The notes below the pieces were generated by a model that worked only from the letters and a program-made list of their open reading frames with translations, was not told the origin of the DNA and did not search any database. Made by a program: the position numbers and the translations under genes. From Tetramitus jugosus (taxonomy: Eukaryota; Protista; Heterolobosea), in assembly GCA_937625935.1 (NCBI GenBank), contig OW569362.1, positions 124,001 through 188,000 of the forward strand: 64,000 nucleotides of DNA, written 5' to 3'. Every line of letters begins with the position of its first letter. Position 1 is the first letter of the stretch. Shown here one piece after another: positions 34,079 through 45,569 of the stretch.

Positions 34079-36997
34079 TTATTTTTTGTTGTCCAGCACT
34101 GGTTTCTTGTGACTAGAAATCAGTTTTCTCACCAGGTATCGGCTCGATCGGAACATACTACGGAAGAAGCTCGAGATGACTTCATCTGGTTCCAAGTACA
34201 GTAGCTCTTTCGAACGTTCTTTTGGATTTGGACGCTTACTGTCACACACAATAGAATAGAGATGATCAGCCTCTACCCATTTGAATGCCTCCTTCTCTGT
34301 GGAGTTCACAAACCTACTCTCCGTGTTTACTTTCGTTGCTTGCATCAGCACATCTTCATCAACATATGGCATTCGCATGAGGAAGAAGCGATATTTGCCA
34401 CCAGGATAATATGTGGATTGATTCTTCAATTGCTCTTCGGTCAATCCACGCAGCAATCCCTCAATGTAAGCAATGCTCTGCTCCAACGAGCTCGCATTGA
34501 CATTCGAAATACAGCCTCCCTTTTGAAATACTGCAACGGTCTCTTCGCAGAACTCTCTGGCAGCGGTATGGATGGAATCTCTGTCTGTTCGGTCTCTCTT
34601 GCCTCCAAACTCTGACCAAGATGCAATTCTATCCTTGCCTCTGACTTCCTTTCCCATCAGGAACATCAATTTTTTGGTTGTTGGGTGAATCGTGAATGGC
34701 AGTACACCAGCAGCCTTGTACTGCTCCTCAATTTCACTTGGTGTCCATATCTTGAATCTGCTTGGATTGTTAAAGTTGTCATTGCTGCTACCGCCATTAT
34801 TGTTGTTGTTGTTGCTGTCTCCATTGTGAGAAGAGTTCATATCGCCGCCACTGGTAGTGCTTCCTTCCTCGGCAGCACCACTTGAGGACAAGGCAACAAA
34901 CTTCTTCTTGAGTACCTTGCGAGTTGGTTGCTTATCACTATCACTGACAAACTGCTTTTCCTGTTTCTTGGCCGACAACTTCTTCTTATTGGCTGCCTTG
35001 TTGTTCTTGTTGTTCAAAGTCTGCTTTTGATCGTCAGTGAGTACTACTTCTTGCTGAGAATCGACAACCTTATCATCAGAGGACAGCACCTCTGTCTCAA
35101 CAACTTGACTCACTGGTGCATCGTCCGACTCAACATGTTCTTCTTCTTCCTCCTTGGTGGAAGCAGATTTTGTCTGTTGTTGCTCAAACAACTCCTTTTC
35201 GATGGCATCAATGGACATCATGACTTGATCACCCTCCTGTTGTGCATCAAAGTTCAATGAACCAGTGTGATACAGAATAGGATGATGTGGATGGTGTGGG
35301 TGATGCAATGATGCAGGTGGTGAAACAGGTGTCATTGGTGAGTGAGGATGGTGTGCGTGATGAGGAGGTGGCACGTGGTGAGGGTGTGCATGATGTGGAT
35401 GGTGGTGGGCAGCATGATGCATATGATGATGATGATGATGTGCATGAATCGGATGATGCATGGAAGAGGGAGGTGGTATGTGATGAGGCATGGGCATTCC
35501 CATTGGATAACCAGGATAACCAGCAGAGTGTGGTGGTGGTGGCATCATGTGCATTCCGTGCAAAAATGGAACACCAAACAGTGGACTGGTGGGTGATGTT
35601 GTAGTTGCTGCTGTAGTTGCCTCTTCACTATCCTTGTCTGTTGTTGATTCATCAGAGAGAGCCAACAGTGGTGAAGCGGAAGATGGTGGTGGTGCCATCA
35701 TGGGTGGCATCATCATCAAATGTTCACTCGGTGGTGCCACAACATCAAAATAATAGGCACCATTAATGTTCTGATAATGAGTAGGGTATTTGCCACCAGT
35801 TGTTCCAATATTCCAACCATGTGATGACGTAGTTGCTGCTGCTGTAGCTGTTGCTGCTGAGGAAGCAGATGTTGGTGGTGATCCATTATTGATTTCATTC
35901 AAATGTTGTTCATCTTGATGCACATCCGTAGCTGCTGATGCAACACTAGAGTGACTATTCTTATGATGATGATGATGATGATGCGAATGGGAATGAGAAT
36001 GAGAATGATTGAATCGACTGCTACCCAATGACTTTTGTCTCATCATGGACTGTTGATGTTGACTATTGATTCTCTCTTCATTTCGAATTCTAGATTGAAC
36101 AATGTCATTCAAGAACTCATCGGTATGATCTCTGTTCAGCACTGTGTTCGCATTGCATGAACGACAATGGATGGAGAAGCCTTCTGACAACAACAACGAC
36201 TCTCCTTCTTCAAAAGTGGTACCACCACCACCACCACTACTCTCGTTATCCATGATGGGTTCACCTTCCATCTTTTCAACAGTGGACAATGGTGTATTGC
36301 CTCTCATTTTGGATGATGTATGAATGGATTGACACTGAGGACACTGAACATAATTCTTCACATAGTTTGTCAAGTGATGTTGAATGGTTCCCTGTGCACT
36401 CTTCAAATCATGGAACATCAATACATGATCATCTGCTTGTTGTTGTTGTTGTTGTTGTGCAGATGATGATACATGAATGGATGACATGGATGATTGATCA
36501 GTGTTGCAAGTGTTATGGATGTGACCTACGAATTTGGATTGATGATAATAGCATGTGCATTTCATGGCATGCGACAAGTATTTCATAATGTATTGAGGTC
36601 TTCTGTTGATTTGATTGGACAAAAATTTCACATTCAAGAATACAATATTCATCTTTTGTTGCTGTTCTGCTGTTAAAGATGATGATGGATGATCAGTGTT
36701 TGATTGTTGCTGTTGTGCGATTGCTTCAAATTGTAGCTTTGGTCTAAACTTTTGAATGTCAGCAAAGGTTGAAAAGGTGACTCTGTGATGTGGCTCTCTT
36801 TGTTGTTGTTGATGATGATGCTGGTGCTGGTGTTGGTGTTGGTGTTGGTGCTGATGGTAAGAATGAGGACCTCTGTGGTGAGGATGTTGTTGATGAGTAG
36901 TAGCAGCAGTAGTAGCAGTTGTTGTTGTTGTTGGTTGTGTGGTGATTGTATCGTTGCTATTGCTTGATGTGGTTGTTGTTGTTGGTTGATGTCCCAT
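34079..36997 (-). CDS. eIF2beta/eIF5-type zinc-binding domain + low-complexity linker + Nudix hydrolase fusion
   Basis: IVFLNV..LSNQINRRPQYIMKYL...YVKNYVQCPQC...IHCRSCNA (eIF-5_eIF-2B domain) and AAGVLPF..FLMGKE..WSEFGGKRDRTDRDSIHTAAREFCEET (Nudix box), in one uninterrupted ORF. Confidence 0.8.
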   Translation of the reverse strand: MGHQPTTTTTSSNSNDTITTQPTTTTTATTAATTHQQHPHHRGPHSYHQHQHQHQHQHQHHHQQQQREPHHRVTFSTFADIQKFRPKLQFEAIAQQQQSNTDHPSSSLTAEQQQKMNIVFLNVKFLSNQINRRPQYIMKYLSHAMKCTCYYHQSKFVGHIHNTCNTDQSSMSSIHVSSSAQQQQQQQADDHVLMFHDLKSAQGTIQHHLTNYVKNYVQCPQCQSIHTSSKMRGNTPLSTVEKMEGEPIMDNESSGGGGGTTFEEGESLLLSEGFSIHCRSCNANTVLNRDHTDEFLNDIVQSRIRNEERINSQHQQSMMRQKSLGSSRFNHSHSHSHSHHHHHHHKNSHSSVASAATDVHQDEQHLNEINNGSPPTSASSAATATAAATTSSHGWNIGTTGGKYPTHYQNINGAYYFDVVAPPSEHLMMMPPMMAPPPSSASPLLALSDESTTDKDSEEATTAATTTSPTSPLFGVPFLHGMHMMPPPPHSAGYPGYPMGMPMPHHIPPPSSMHHPIHAHHHHHHMHHAAHHHPHHAHPHHVPPPHHAHHPHSPMTPVSPPASLHHPHHPHHPILYHTGSLNFDAQQEGDQVMMSIDAIEKELFEQQQTKSASTKEEEEEHVESDDAPVSQVVETEVLSSDDKVVDSQQEVVLTDDQKQTLNNKNNKAANKKKLSAKKQEKQFVSDSDKQPTRKVLKKKFVALSSSGAAEEGSTTSGGDMNSSHNGDSNNNNNNGGSSNDNFNNPSRFKIWTPSEIEEQYKAAGVLPFTIHPTTKKLMFLMGKEVRGKDRIASWSEFGGKRDRTDRDSIHTAAREFCEETVAVFQKGGCISNVNASSLEQSIAYIEGLLRGLTEEQLKNQSTYYPGGKYRFFLMRMPYVDEDVLMQATKVNTESRFVNSTEKEAFKWVEADHLYSIVCDSKRPNPKERSKELLYLEPDEVISSFFRSMFRSSRYLVRKLISSHKKPVLDNKK

Positions 36998-37454
36998 AAT
37001 CAATCTTTGTGTATTGAATTTTGTATTATTCTTGTTGTTGTTTTTGTTTTTGTATTCGAAAGATTGTGCAATAACTCTCTAGTGTGTGGTTTGGTTCAAA
37101 AATTGGGAGTATATAGACGAATGCAATTGTGTTTGTTAAATCGCGCAAAATTGTGTATTCTCACTGATGATCCTTTTTGTGTATTATTATTATTGTATAC
37201 GTTGTTGTGTTGTTGTATGTGTGTGAAGAATAGATAAATAAAGGATGATCGAGAGAGATTTTATGATATAGAATTGATCGATCAAAATCAGAGAGTATAT
37301 AGATAAAGAAATGAGAGAGTTAGTAGTTCAGCGGTAGAGCTCTGTTGTTGCGCGGGTGTGTAAAGTTGAAATTCTGTGTGCAATTCAGAAAAAAAGTGAA
37401 AAATTGGCGCGGTTTCACTGGCGAGATTCAACGAATTTATTGATCCCGTTGCAG

Positions 37455-38761
37455 TCATTTACGGTTCCTCGCCTCATGCAGAACATGAATCTGTTGTTGC
37501 ATCCGTTGTAACTGCTCATCATTGACTGAAAGTCCATTGTATACTGTACATAATTGATTCATGATTGGATCTCCATTACTGTTGGAAGTTAGAGTCGTAT
37601 GTGTGGTCTGTATGGTTCGCAGTGAGTGCAACAATCTCTGTAAACGATCAAAATGATCACAGAAGCGCTTGCTTGTCTTTCCTAAATCGATAGAAGCTTC
37701 CATCCCTCCTCTATCCATGCCGCTCTTCTCTTTTCCTCCACCGGTTGGTTCATTTGTTGAAAACAGAGCAAACTCTTCCTTGAATATGTGAGAGAATTGT
37801 TGCATCAACTGGTTCATCTCACCAAACTCCTTTGACAGCTCTATTATGGATTGTTCAAATGAATTCGACTGCTGTTCGTCATCATCATCATCATTCATCA
37901 TCACCATGAGAGGTGATGTATTGGCAGGAGTGACTCTGACAATTGAATCCTTCTTCTTGTGTTCCATGTTTTCCTCCATTGATACAATTTCCTTCCGAAT
38001 GGACAATATTCTCTTTCTCAGCTCAAATATCTGCTGTTCAATGTGTCTGATGGGAGGTGGTCTGTTATGGGAGGTACATTTGAGTCAATTCTGGTTGATT
38101 AGGGCTAAGACAACACGAGTGATTTTCCATCACGTAATTATACATACATGGAAGTAGAGTGGATGGGAAACTGTGAGAGAACGTCTTGAGAAAATAATTT
38201 ACACGAGTGATTAAATATTTGACTATAGTTTTGAGCAATACTCCTCGTAAAGCTCACATCTCTCTCAAATGATTGCTTCAATTGATCCGAATAATTAATG
38301 TTACTGCTCACCTCTTGATTCTCAATCGATGCAGTGATGCTTGCAATTGTATTCCTATTCAGCACTGCCATGTCAATCAACTGATTCATAAACTTGTAAT
38401 TGATGCTCATGTCGCATGCACCACGCACAATAGAGTGCTCATTGGGTTTAATCAGAGCAAGAAGAGCAATCAAACGTGTCAACACTTGTTCTCGTTCATC
38501 GTTCGTATGACATGTATTCTCCAGCTCGTCAACCATGCGACTCGGTATGAACGTGTTGGGTGATATCGTGTGAAAGAATTGGATGACAATGAACTGAAGG
38601 ACATCGCATCTCATTCGTCCACTGTTCCACAACGTTTCCAATGAGAGCATGGAAACAGTTGGATATTGAATCTCGTGGCGCAGACGATTGCACACATGAC
38701 GATGGTATACCAAATGGTTGTTGTTGTTGTTGTCAACGTTTTGTTCAGCAATGTGTGACAT
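37455..38761 (-). CDS. HAUS7: Augmin subunit 7 (HAUS7/AUG7)-like; intron 38062-38147
   Basis: IQYP...LWNSGRMRCDVLQFI, QIFNHSCKLFSQDV and LGKTSKRF....LQRLLHSLRTIQTTH resemble plant AUG7; the GT-AG intron joins two ORFs. Confidence 0.65.
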
Positions 38762-38832
38762 TTGGGCAATCGTTCACTGTTGTTTGTGGCGATGGTTGGA
38801 TGTCAGAAGAAAAAAGAAACGAACGATTTTGA

Positions 38833-38855
38833 GCGGGAAAAACAATTGGCGGGAA
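38833..38855 (-). promoter_or_regulatory. Two E2F-like sites upstream of the HAUS7-like gene
   Basis: The minus strand reads TTCCCGCCAA (38846-55) and TTTTCCCGC (38833-41), about 70-95 bp upstream of the ATG; similar to the TTTSSCGC consensus. Confidence 0.4.
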
Positions 38856-38970
38856 TGAGATTGTATTGGCCTGATGGAGTGATGGAGGAATGTAACAGAA
38901 GAGGCTAAAAAAGAGCTGTGAAGAGAGTGATTCACACAATCAACAACAACAACAACAACTACTACAACAG

Positions 38971-39999
38971 TTACCACTTGTTAATCGCACCAGCACTAGA
39001 GTATGAATCATCAGCAAAGTTTGAAAAATGAGCAAATGGATCTCCATTCGGATTCGAATTATCCAAATCATCATACTCAAAATCAAACAAGTTTCTTCCA
39101 CCAGTGTTTCTGCTATTGTGATGATCACTGTCATGTTCAAAGTCTCCATCATCATGATGTTGATTAATGTTATGGTTACTGCTGCTGCTGCTGCTCATGT
39201 TACTTCCACTTCTTCGATGTTGAGATGATTGTTGTTGATAATTGACAAATGATCCAACCAATACGTTACCACCATCGTTATCATCATCATCATGACTATT
39301 GTGAATCGAGTGATAGACTGCATTTGAGTGATTATCATTGTGATGACCCAAGAGTGATGATACTGCAGAGGCTGAAGAGACGACTCTGTTGGTTGTGTTG
39401 GTGCCACTACCACCACCACCACCACCACCACCACCACCTGTTGATCCTCCTCTCGTTCCGTTTCTTCTTCTCTTGAAAATCTCTTGAATGACCAAATTGA
39501 AGAGCACATGGCCAAACAAGTTACCAAACAACATGGCCATAAACATACCAAAGTTGTATGTCATGACAATGAGCATCAACAGATATCCAATGGCAACACT
39601 AAACATGAATCCAATCGGTTTCAACACATGGGCCATCAATCGAACCAATGGTCTCGTGCGCTTCTGATTCACACTTGTATGGAGAAAGAATTGGATCATT
39701 TGATTGATAAAGGCCAGAGCAAACACGAGGAATGTAGAACTGACATAGATGGTGACATTGTGTGGTCCAATATTCCACTGTTCAAACAGAAAATAGGGAA
39801 TGTTGATGGTGAAGGATTGCTTTGAAAAGTACATCATCATCATCATGTGATGGTTGTTGTTGGCAGTCGAGTGCTGGAATGGAAGTTTGAATAACTCTAG
39901 GAAACTGTCATTTTCAAAATTGTTGTTATTGTTGATGCCGTTGTGATGGTTCGTGCAAGTGGTGCCAGTGCCAGCAGCAACAGGATGATGATTGGACAT
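38971..39999 (-). CDS. Ctr-family copper transporter
   Basis: HHMMMMMYF Met motif, LFEQWNI, TM2 GYLLMLIVMTYN (MxxxM) and TM3 GNLFG (GxxxG); long His/Asp-rich C-terminal tail. Confidence 0.88.
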   Translation of the reverse strand: MSNHHPVAAGTGTTCTNHHNGINNNNNFENDSFLELFKLPFQHSTANNNHHMMMMMYFSKQSFTINIPYFLFEQWNIGPHNVTIYVSSTFLVFALAFINQMIQFFLHTSVNQKRTRPLVRLMAHVLKPIGFMFSVAIGYLLMLIVMTYNFGMFMAMLFGNLFGHVLFNLVIQEIFKRRRNGTRGGSTGGGGGGGGGGSGTNTTNRVVSSASAVSSLLGHHNDNHSNAVYHSIHNSHDDDDNDGGNVLVGSFVNYQQQSSQHRRSGSNMSSSSSSNHNINQHHDDGDFEHDSDHHNSRNTGGRNLFDFEYDDLDNSNPNGDPFAHFSNFADDSYSSAGAINKW

Positions 40000-40352
40000 T
40001 GTTTGCGTTTTCTTTCGACGCAAAATGGCACTCTATTTGGAACGACGAAGTGTGGTTATTTTTTTTGGTCACAGGAGGGAAGCGGTGTTTTTGCACGAGT
40101 GGGGAAATAATGGATCGATGGATATTTCGAATGGATAATAAATGAATTCACATTGGGTTCTCAGTTGTTTATTGATACTTGTTCCGAGTCGTGTGTCATC
40201 AAAGACACTTGTTATTGTACATCTTGTTGTAGTACGATCAGCGGCAGCTTCCAACCTCCTTCAAGGAGATGCTCATGCTGGCCACACACTTGTGATGGTT
40301 GTTGTTCTTCTCATGGATGATATGTGTTTGTTGTTGTGTGCGTGTGGGAGCT

Positions 40353-40682
40353 TTAATTACCAAAACCATAGAGAGTTCTTCCTTGTCTCTTGAGTGCATA
40401 GACAACATCAGTGGCAGTCACAGTCTTTCTTCTTGCGTGCTCAGTGTAAGTCACAGCATCTCTGACAACATTCTCCAAGAAAGTTCTCAATACAGTTCTT
40501 GATTCATCATAGATCAAACCAGAAATTCTCTTGACACCACCTCTTCTTGCCAATCTTCTGATAGCTGGCTTGGTGATACCTTGAATGTTGTCTCTAAGGA
40601 CCTTCTTGTGTCTCTTGGCACCCTTACCAAGACCCTTTCCACCCTTACCACCGCCTTTTCCTCTTCCGCCTCCTGTGACCAT
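40353..40682 (-). CDS. H4: Histone H4 with an extended N-terminal tail
   Basis: [32 protein letters not shown]...[30 protein letters not shown]. Confidence 0.97.
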   Translation of the reverse strand: MVTGGGRGKGGGKGGKGLGKGAKRHKKVLRDNIQGITKPAIRRLARRGGVKRISGLIYDESRTVLRTFLENVVRDAVTYTEHARRKTVTATDVVYALKRQGRTLYGFGN

Positions 40683-41118
40683 TGTTTACTAAATGTATTT
40701 ATTTATTGTATGGGTAAAGTGTTTGATTACTTTGTTTTTTTTTTGTGTGTTGTTGTTGTATCGAATAAAAAACGTTTGTTTGCCTTGTTGACTTAAAAAC
40801 GGCCACAACGTGATCTAAACTGTAACGGACTTTGCTGCTTCATGAAATTGATTGAAGTGAACAAAATCCATGTTTTTCGATGAAAGTTACTCCGTCGTAA
40901 GTCCAGTCGACCTCGTGGGCTCTCAACAATGGACTCTGCTCATTCTTTTCCCAGTTCACACTCTGAGATGTTTTGAGAGAAGAAAGATGTATGAGTTGCA
41001 ACACAGCTCTCCCCAACTGACTACCGCAGTAATTTTAGCTTGAAAACAAAATAAGCGGAAAAATAAGAAACAACAGAGAATGCCAATAACCAAATTTCAA
41101 ACACAAACGCACAAAAAA

Positions 41119-43075
41119 ATGAGTCAACAACAACGAGAAAGTTATCATGAGGCTCCATCATCCACAACATTAGGAGGAGCAAGTGATCCACAAAAGAAGA
41201 GAAAACTTGAGAATCAAAGCAACAACAGATACAATTATGAAGACAATGATAACGAATACACTCCCTCTGATGACCGCACATTCACTGATGATGATTATCA
41301 CTCGAGAAAAAGAATTAAAAAAATGGATGAATCATCATCAATGACCTCAGCAGCTTCAACATTTAAACCAACACAAGTCGAGAGAAAATCAGTTCAGGTA
41401 AGTCATTTTTTTTTTCAAATGATGTCTTTTGTATCACAATCAACAAACATTTTTTAATTCACACAACTATTGTTGTTTCTCTCTCTTTTGTTTTGTTGTA
41501 CATGATCAGATGATGGATATTCCAATCAATAATGCTTCTCCACCTATTATTACTGCTACCGCTACAGCTGCTGCAACACCTACTCGTGATGACAATAGAA
41601 ATAATAGCACCCATAGGGAATCTTCTTCTTTTTCATCATCTTCATCACACATGAACAATGAACAACAACAACAACAACAACAACACTACAAGACAACATC
41701 TCATGAACCAACACCATCAAGAAAGAGATCAGCTTCCCTACCAGCCAATGCCATCATTCACAATAGTCAATCATCCTATCAACAACAACATCACAATGAT
41801 AAGCAACAACAATCATATTATCAACAATCACCACAACAGCAGAAGCAAGATTATCCATCATCATCCTCTTATCACTCATCATCATCACCATCACCCTATT
41901 CTGTTCATCAACAACAAATGCCAAGTCATGGTCATGCGAATCCCTATCACTCTCATCAACATCAGCAACATCAAAATCAACAACAACAACCACAACCACA
42001 ACAGATGCATGGTTCACACAGTCACCACTATGAACAACAACAACAACAACAACAATCGAATCAATACCCCATGTCACAACATCATCACCAACAGAATAAC
42101 AGCAACAACAGTGCTTATTCATCCTATCATCATCATCATCATCAACAACAACAACAACCATACATGAGCCATAGGCATGCATCACCCAATAGTAACACTA
42201 GATCAATGGCTAGCGGTCAATTCTCTCATCATCATCAACACCATCAACACCATCAACAACAACAACATCATCATCATGGACACAGTCATCGTGCAGGCAT
42301 GTTGGCAACCAATAACAATAATAATAACAACAACAATCAACAACAACAACAACAATCATCTCAAATCAACTTGTACAGTAGAAAGATTTATCTTCCATCA
42401 TTCAGAGAATTTCCCAGTGTTGATTTCATGGCTCTTGTCGTAGGCAGAAGAGGTGCCACAGTGAGACACATTGAACAAGTGAGCAGTGCACGTGTTCAAA
42501 TCAGAGGCAAAGGCAAAAAGAATAAGAGCATTACACCGAGTGCAGATGACTATGATGAACCACATGTGTTCATCTCATCACCTGACAATGAATCACACGT
42601 GTTGAGAGCAGAACAAATGGTTCATCAAATTATTGATCAAGGCAAGAGAGAGTACTATCAGAAGAATGGTATCAACAACAACAACAACAACAATAGTAAT
42701 AGTAATAGTCGGACATCATCATCACCACCATCTTCATCCTATCATGACAATGTCTATCGACATTCACAACAGCCATCTTCATCCTATTATTTATCTGATC
42801 AACAACAAGCATCATCCTATTATAATCAAAGTAACAACAATAATGCTAATAGTAATCCTTACCAATCCAATTTCAATGATCCACGCCTCTCGTCCTATCC
42901 TCCAAGCCATACGAACAATCAACAACAACAACAACAACAACAACCCAATGTTTCCAACATTTTATCACTGGTTCAAAAAGTAACAAGTGCACTGACACAA
43001 CCAACAGCAACAACCAATGCCAACAACAACAACAACAACAGCTATGATCATCATCAATCCTATCGACCTCAATAG
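41119..43075 (+). CDS. Q/N/H/S-rich protein with one SF1/STAR-type KH domain; intron 41398-41509
   Basis: KIYLP...FPSVDFMALVVGRRGATVRHIEQVSSARVQIRGKG...EPHVFI; no zinc knuckle seen; phase-0 GT-AG intron. Confidence 0.8.
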
Positions 43076-43370
43076 TTTCTCCAATGATTGAGGCCCCCAA
43101 TAAAATGTACCAGCCATTCCATTTTTTCCGTCATGTAACAGCGGTTCTTTACAGTGACAGCCAGTTCAACTCGTATTTTGCCCGAAAGATGAAACAACAC
43201 GAGCCTGCCCTATGTTAAAATATCCGTGGCATATCAAGCGTCATTTCCTACAGGTGGGTGTTGTCATCTGAAACACCCAACCAACACACAACACCCAACA
43301 ACAACAACTAACCTTTGGAAAGTCTGAGTCTCAGAATAGGACAGGAAAGAGAAACCCACCAAACCAATCA

Positions 43371-45569
43371 ATGTTCTCTCAATGGGTCAGTTCCATTGTT
43401 TCCTATAGCTCAGAGTCCCACTACTCTGCACCTGCATCAGGCAGTTGGCCCGCCACCAACGTCATTGGGCCATCCAACACCTATCCCAACTATGGAGATT
43501 TGTATACTGCATGGGCACCATCCAAATCCTCTGGTTGTGACGAGTATTTGGAACTGGAGTTTGAGAAGCCTGTTTTTGTGAGAGCAGTGTCCATTTATGA
43601 GACATTTCATCCAGGTTCCATTGTACGCATCACTTGTCGCAGTCCGAGTCACGAATACAATGTGCTGTACGAGGGTGAGTCACATCAGAGAACACTGCCA
43701 CCACAAGCCAGAATATTCAGTCCACAATTGTCCTATGATGCCACTCATTTCAGTGGCAGTGGCAATGCGATACATCAGACCACGGGTTACGTGACACGGC
43801 ACATCATGATTCATTTAGACACCAGATTGAACAAGGGTTGGTCAGAGATTGATGCCATTCTATTGCAAGGTACTCTACCCCATACCATATCACAGACAAT
43901 GAAGCGTCATTATGCATCCTTGTTCTTGAACAGTCATCGTGGTTATGGTGAACAACGACAGGGAGAACGAGACACCAGTGTGCCCTTCTCTGACTTTTCA
44001 TTCACACATTACTATGGTGGTAGTCAGATCAGTGAACCTTGCAAAGATAAAAGCGATCGTTACTTGAAACAGATGAGAGGTGAACTGTACACAGAGTCCT
44101 GCATCACCACATATCACTTGCACTCTGTCATTCTACAGTATAGATGCCCAGATTTGTACCGAGACATGAAGAGGCAACAACAGCAGCAGAAGAGTCATGA
44201 CACAAGAGGATTTCTCAGTCATGTTCATCCATCTGCTCTATACACTCTCTTGTACTTTATCTATTGTGATGAAATAGAAATCTTGAATGAAAAGAGTGTC
44301 ACTCAAGTGTGTTCCGTGTTTGACCAATTGTATCCAGTAGCTGTTCAATATCGGATGGATCGATTGATTCAAATATGTCGAATGTTCCACCACTACAATA
44401 ACAAGATCCATTTGACACAATCGGAACATTATGCCAACTATTCTCAAATTGATATGTCTATTCCCGTGACTTTACCAGGTGATATGACCAAGGCTCTAGC
44501 AGACGCCAACAGTGGAAATGACAGTGAGAACTACAGTCGACCCGATATTTGCTTCATTGTTCGCAAAGCAAGGAAACAAGAACAATGGGAATCAACTGAT
44601 AACAGTCATTTATACACCAAGGTTTTTGCTCATGGAGCAATTGTGTGTGCCAGGAGTGCTTACTTTCATGCGTTGCTCACAAGGTGGAGCAAAGAATTCA
44701 TCAATGAAGAGAGGGATACAATGACTGACGATAGTATCAAGGAAGATGGACAACATGTAGTACAACTGGATGACATTGACGAAGAAATGCTTCGATTGCT
44801 ACTGCATTTCATGTATAGTGGTGAGTTGATGGTATCAATGGAGAATGCAATTCATTTGCTGATGAGTGGCAGGTTGTTGTTGCTCGAGGATTTCGAGGTT
44901 CCTGTCTTGTCTGTGATCAAGGAGGGTATTGATGAGCACAATGTTGTCGATTTATTGAATATGACTCATGGTGATGCATCACTGGCTGACATCATGTCCA
45001 TGTGTTGTGAATTTCTGCTTCACATGCCCAATGAAGACATGGCACATGTGCTTGGAAATCAATTGAGTCAAGAGTTGAAACACACTATGATCCAGTTAGT
45101 ACCAGAGCTACACTACATACTATCCTATGGAGCAAAGAGCGCTCAACAGTACGTACTCTCTGTTACCAATGCCAGTAACAATGAGAAGACGGAGAGTATC
45201 ATTGGGGCTATGAGAAGCTATCCTCCCAGTTTGGGCGAAAGGAGCAAGTATTGGTCAACAGAGAAGGACAGAGGTTCATTTGTTGAACTGGAGTATGCCT
45301 TTCCCATGTTTATCACTGGTGTAGAAGTGTGTGAGATGGGTGATCCAGATACCATTGACCGAATTGCTGTTCTCAATCCATGTACAGGCACATGGGATGA
45401 CATCTATGAGCGAGGAGAAACATTGACCATGACTCCAAAGAACCACATGTGTCGAATGTTTCAAGTACCCAACATCAAGCTCCTAAACTATTCATCAAAC
45501 AGTATCAGAATAATATTTGACGGAATAGCGATCATTGGATCCGTTCAGATCCTAGGGTACCGAATTTAA
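43371..45569 (+). CDS. Double BTB/POZ protein flanked by two FBXL4-N-like (discoidin-like) domains
   Basis: N-domain GPSNTYPNYGD..AWAP..EYLELEFEKPV...IYETFHPGSIVRI...EIDAILLQG, repeated at the C-terminus (FVELEY...VCEMGDP). BTB motifs: HLHSVILQYRC..LLYFIYCD and AHGAIVCARSAYF..LLHFMYSG. Confidence 0.8.
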   Translation: MFSQWVSSIVSYSSESHYSAPASGSWPATNVIGPSNTYPNYGDLYTAWAPSKSSGCDEYLELEFEKPVFVRAVSIYETFHPGSIVRITCRSPSHEYNVLYEGESHQRTLPPQARIFSPQLSYDATHFSGSGNAIHQTTGYVTRHIMIHLDTRLNKGWSEIDAILLQGTLPHTISQTMKRHYASLFLNSHRGYGEQRQGERDTSVPFSDFSFTHYYGGSQISEPCKDKSDRYLKQMRGELYTESCITTYHLHSVILQYRCPDLYRDMKRQQQQQKSHDTRGFLSHVHPSALYTLLYFIYCDEIEILNEKSVTQVCSVFDQLYPVAVQYRMDRLIQICRMFHHYNNKIHLTQSEHYANYSQIDMSIPVTLPGDMTKALADANSGNDSENYSRPDICFIVRKARKQEQWESTDNSHLYTKVFAHGAIVCARSAYFHALLTRWSKEFINEERDTMTDDSIKEDGQHVVQLDDIDEEMLRLLLHFMYSGELMVSMENAIHLLMSGRLLLLEDFEVPVLSVIKEGIDEHNVVDLLNMTHGDASLADIMSMCCEFLLHMPNEDMAHVLGNQLSQELKHTMIQLVPELHYILSYGAKSAQQYVLSVTNASNNEKTESIIGAMRSYPPSLGERSKYWSTEKDRGSFVELEYAFPMFITGVEVCEMGDPDTIDRIAVLNPCTGTWDDIYERGETLTMTPKNHMCRMFQVPNIKLLNYSSNSIRIIFDGIAIIGSVQILGYRI

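Noticed and set aside
37318-37395. tRNA-like A-box TAGTTCAGCGGTAGAGC
   Set aside because: No T-arm GTTCRA, anticodon stem or acceptor stem could be built.
40161-40202. Minus-strand TTGATGA...CTGA pair downstream of H4
   Set aside because: Only ~42 nt with no clear terminal stem; too short for a confident C/D snoRNA call.
41658-42983. Alternative-frame and antisense ORFs rich in N, I, V, C or L (also near 35300, 39200, 55573 and 59181)
   Set aside because: By-products of trinucleotide repeats within real genes.
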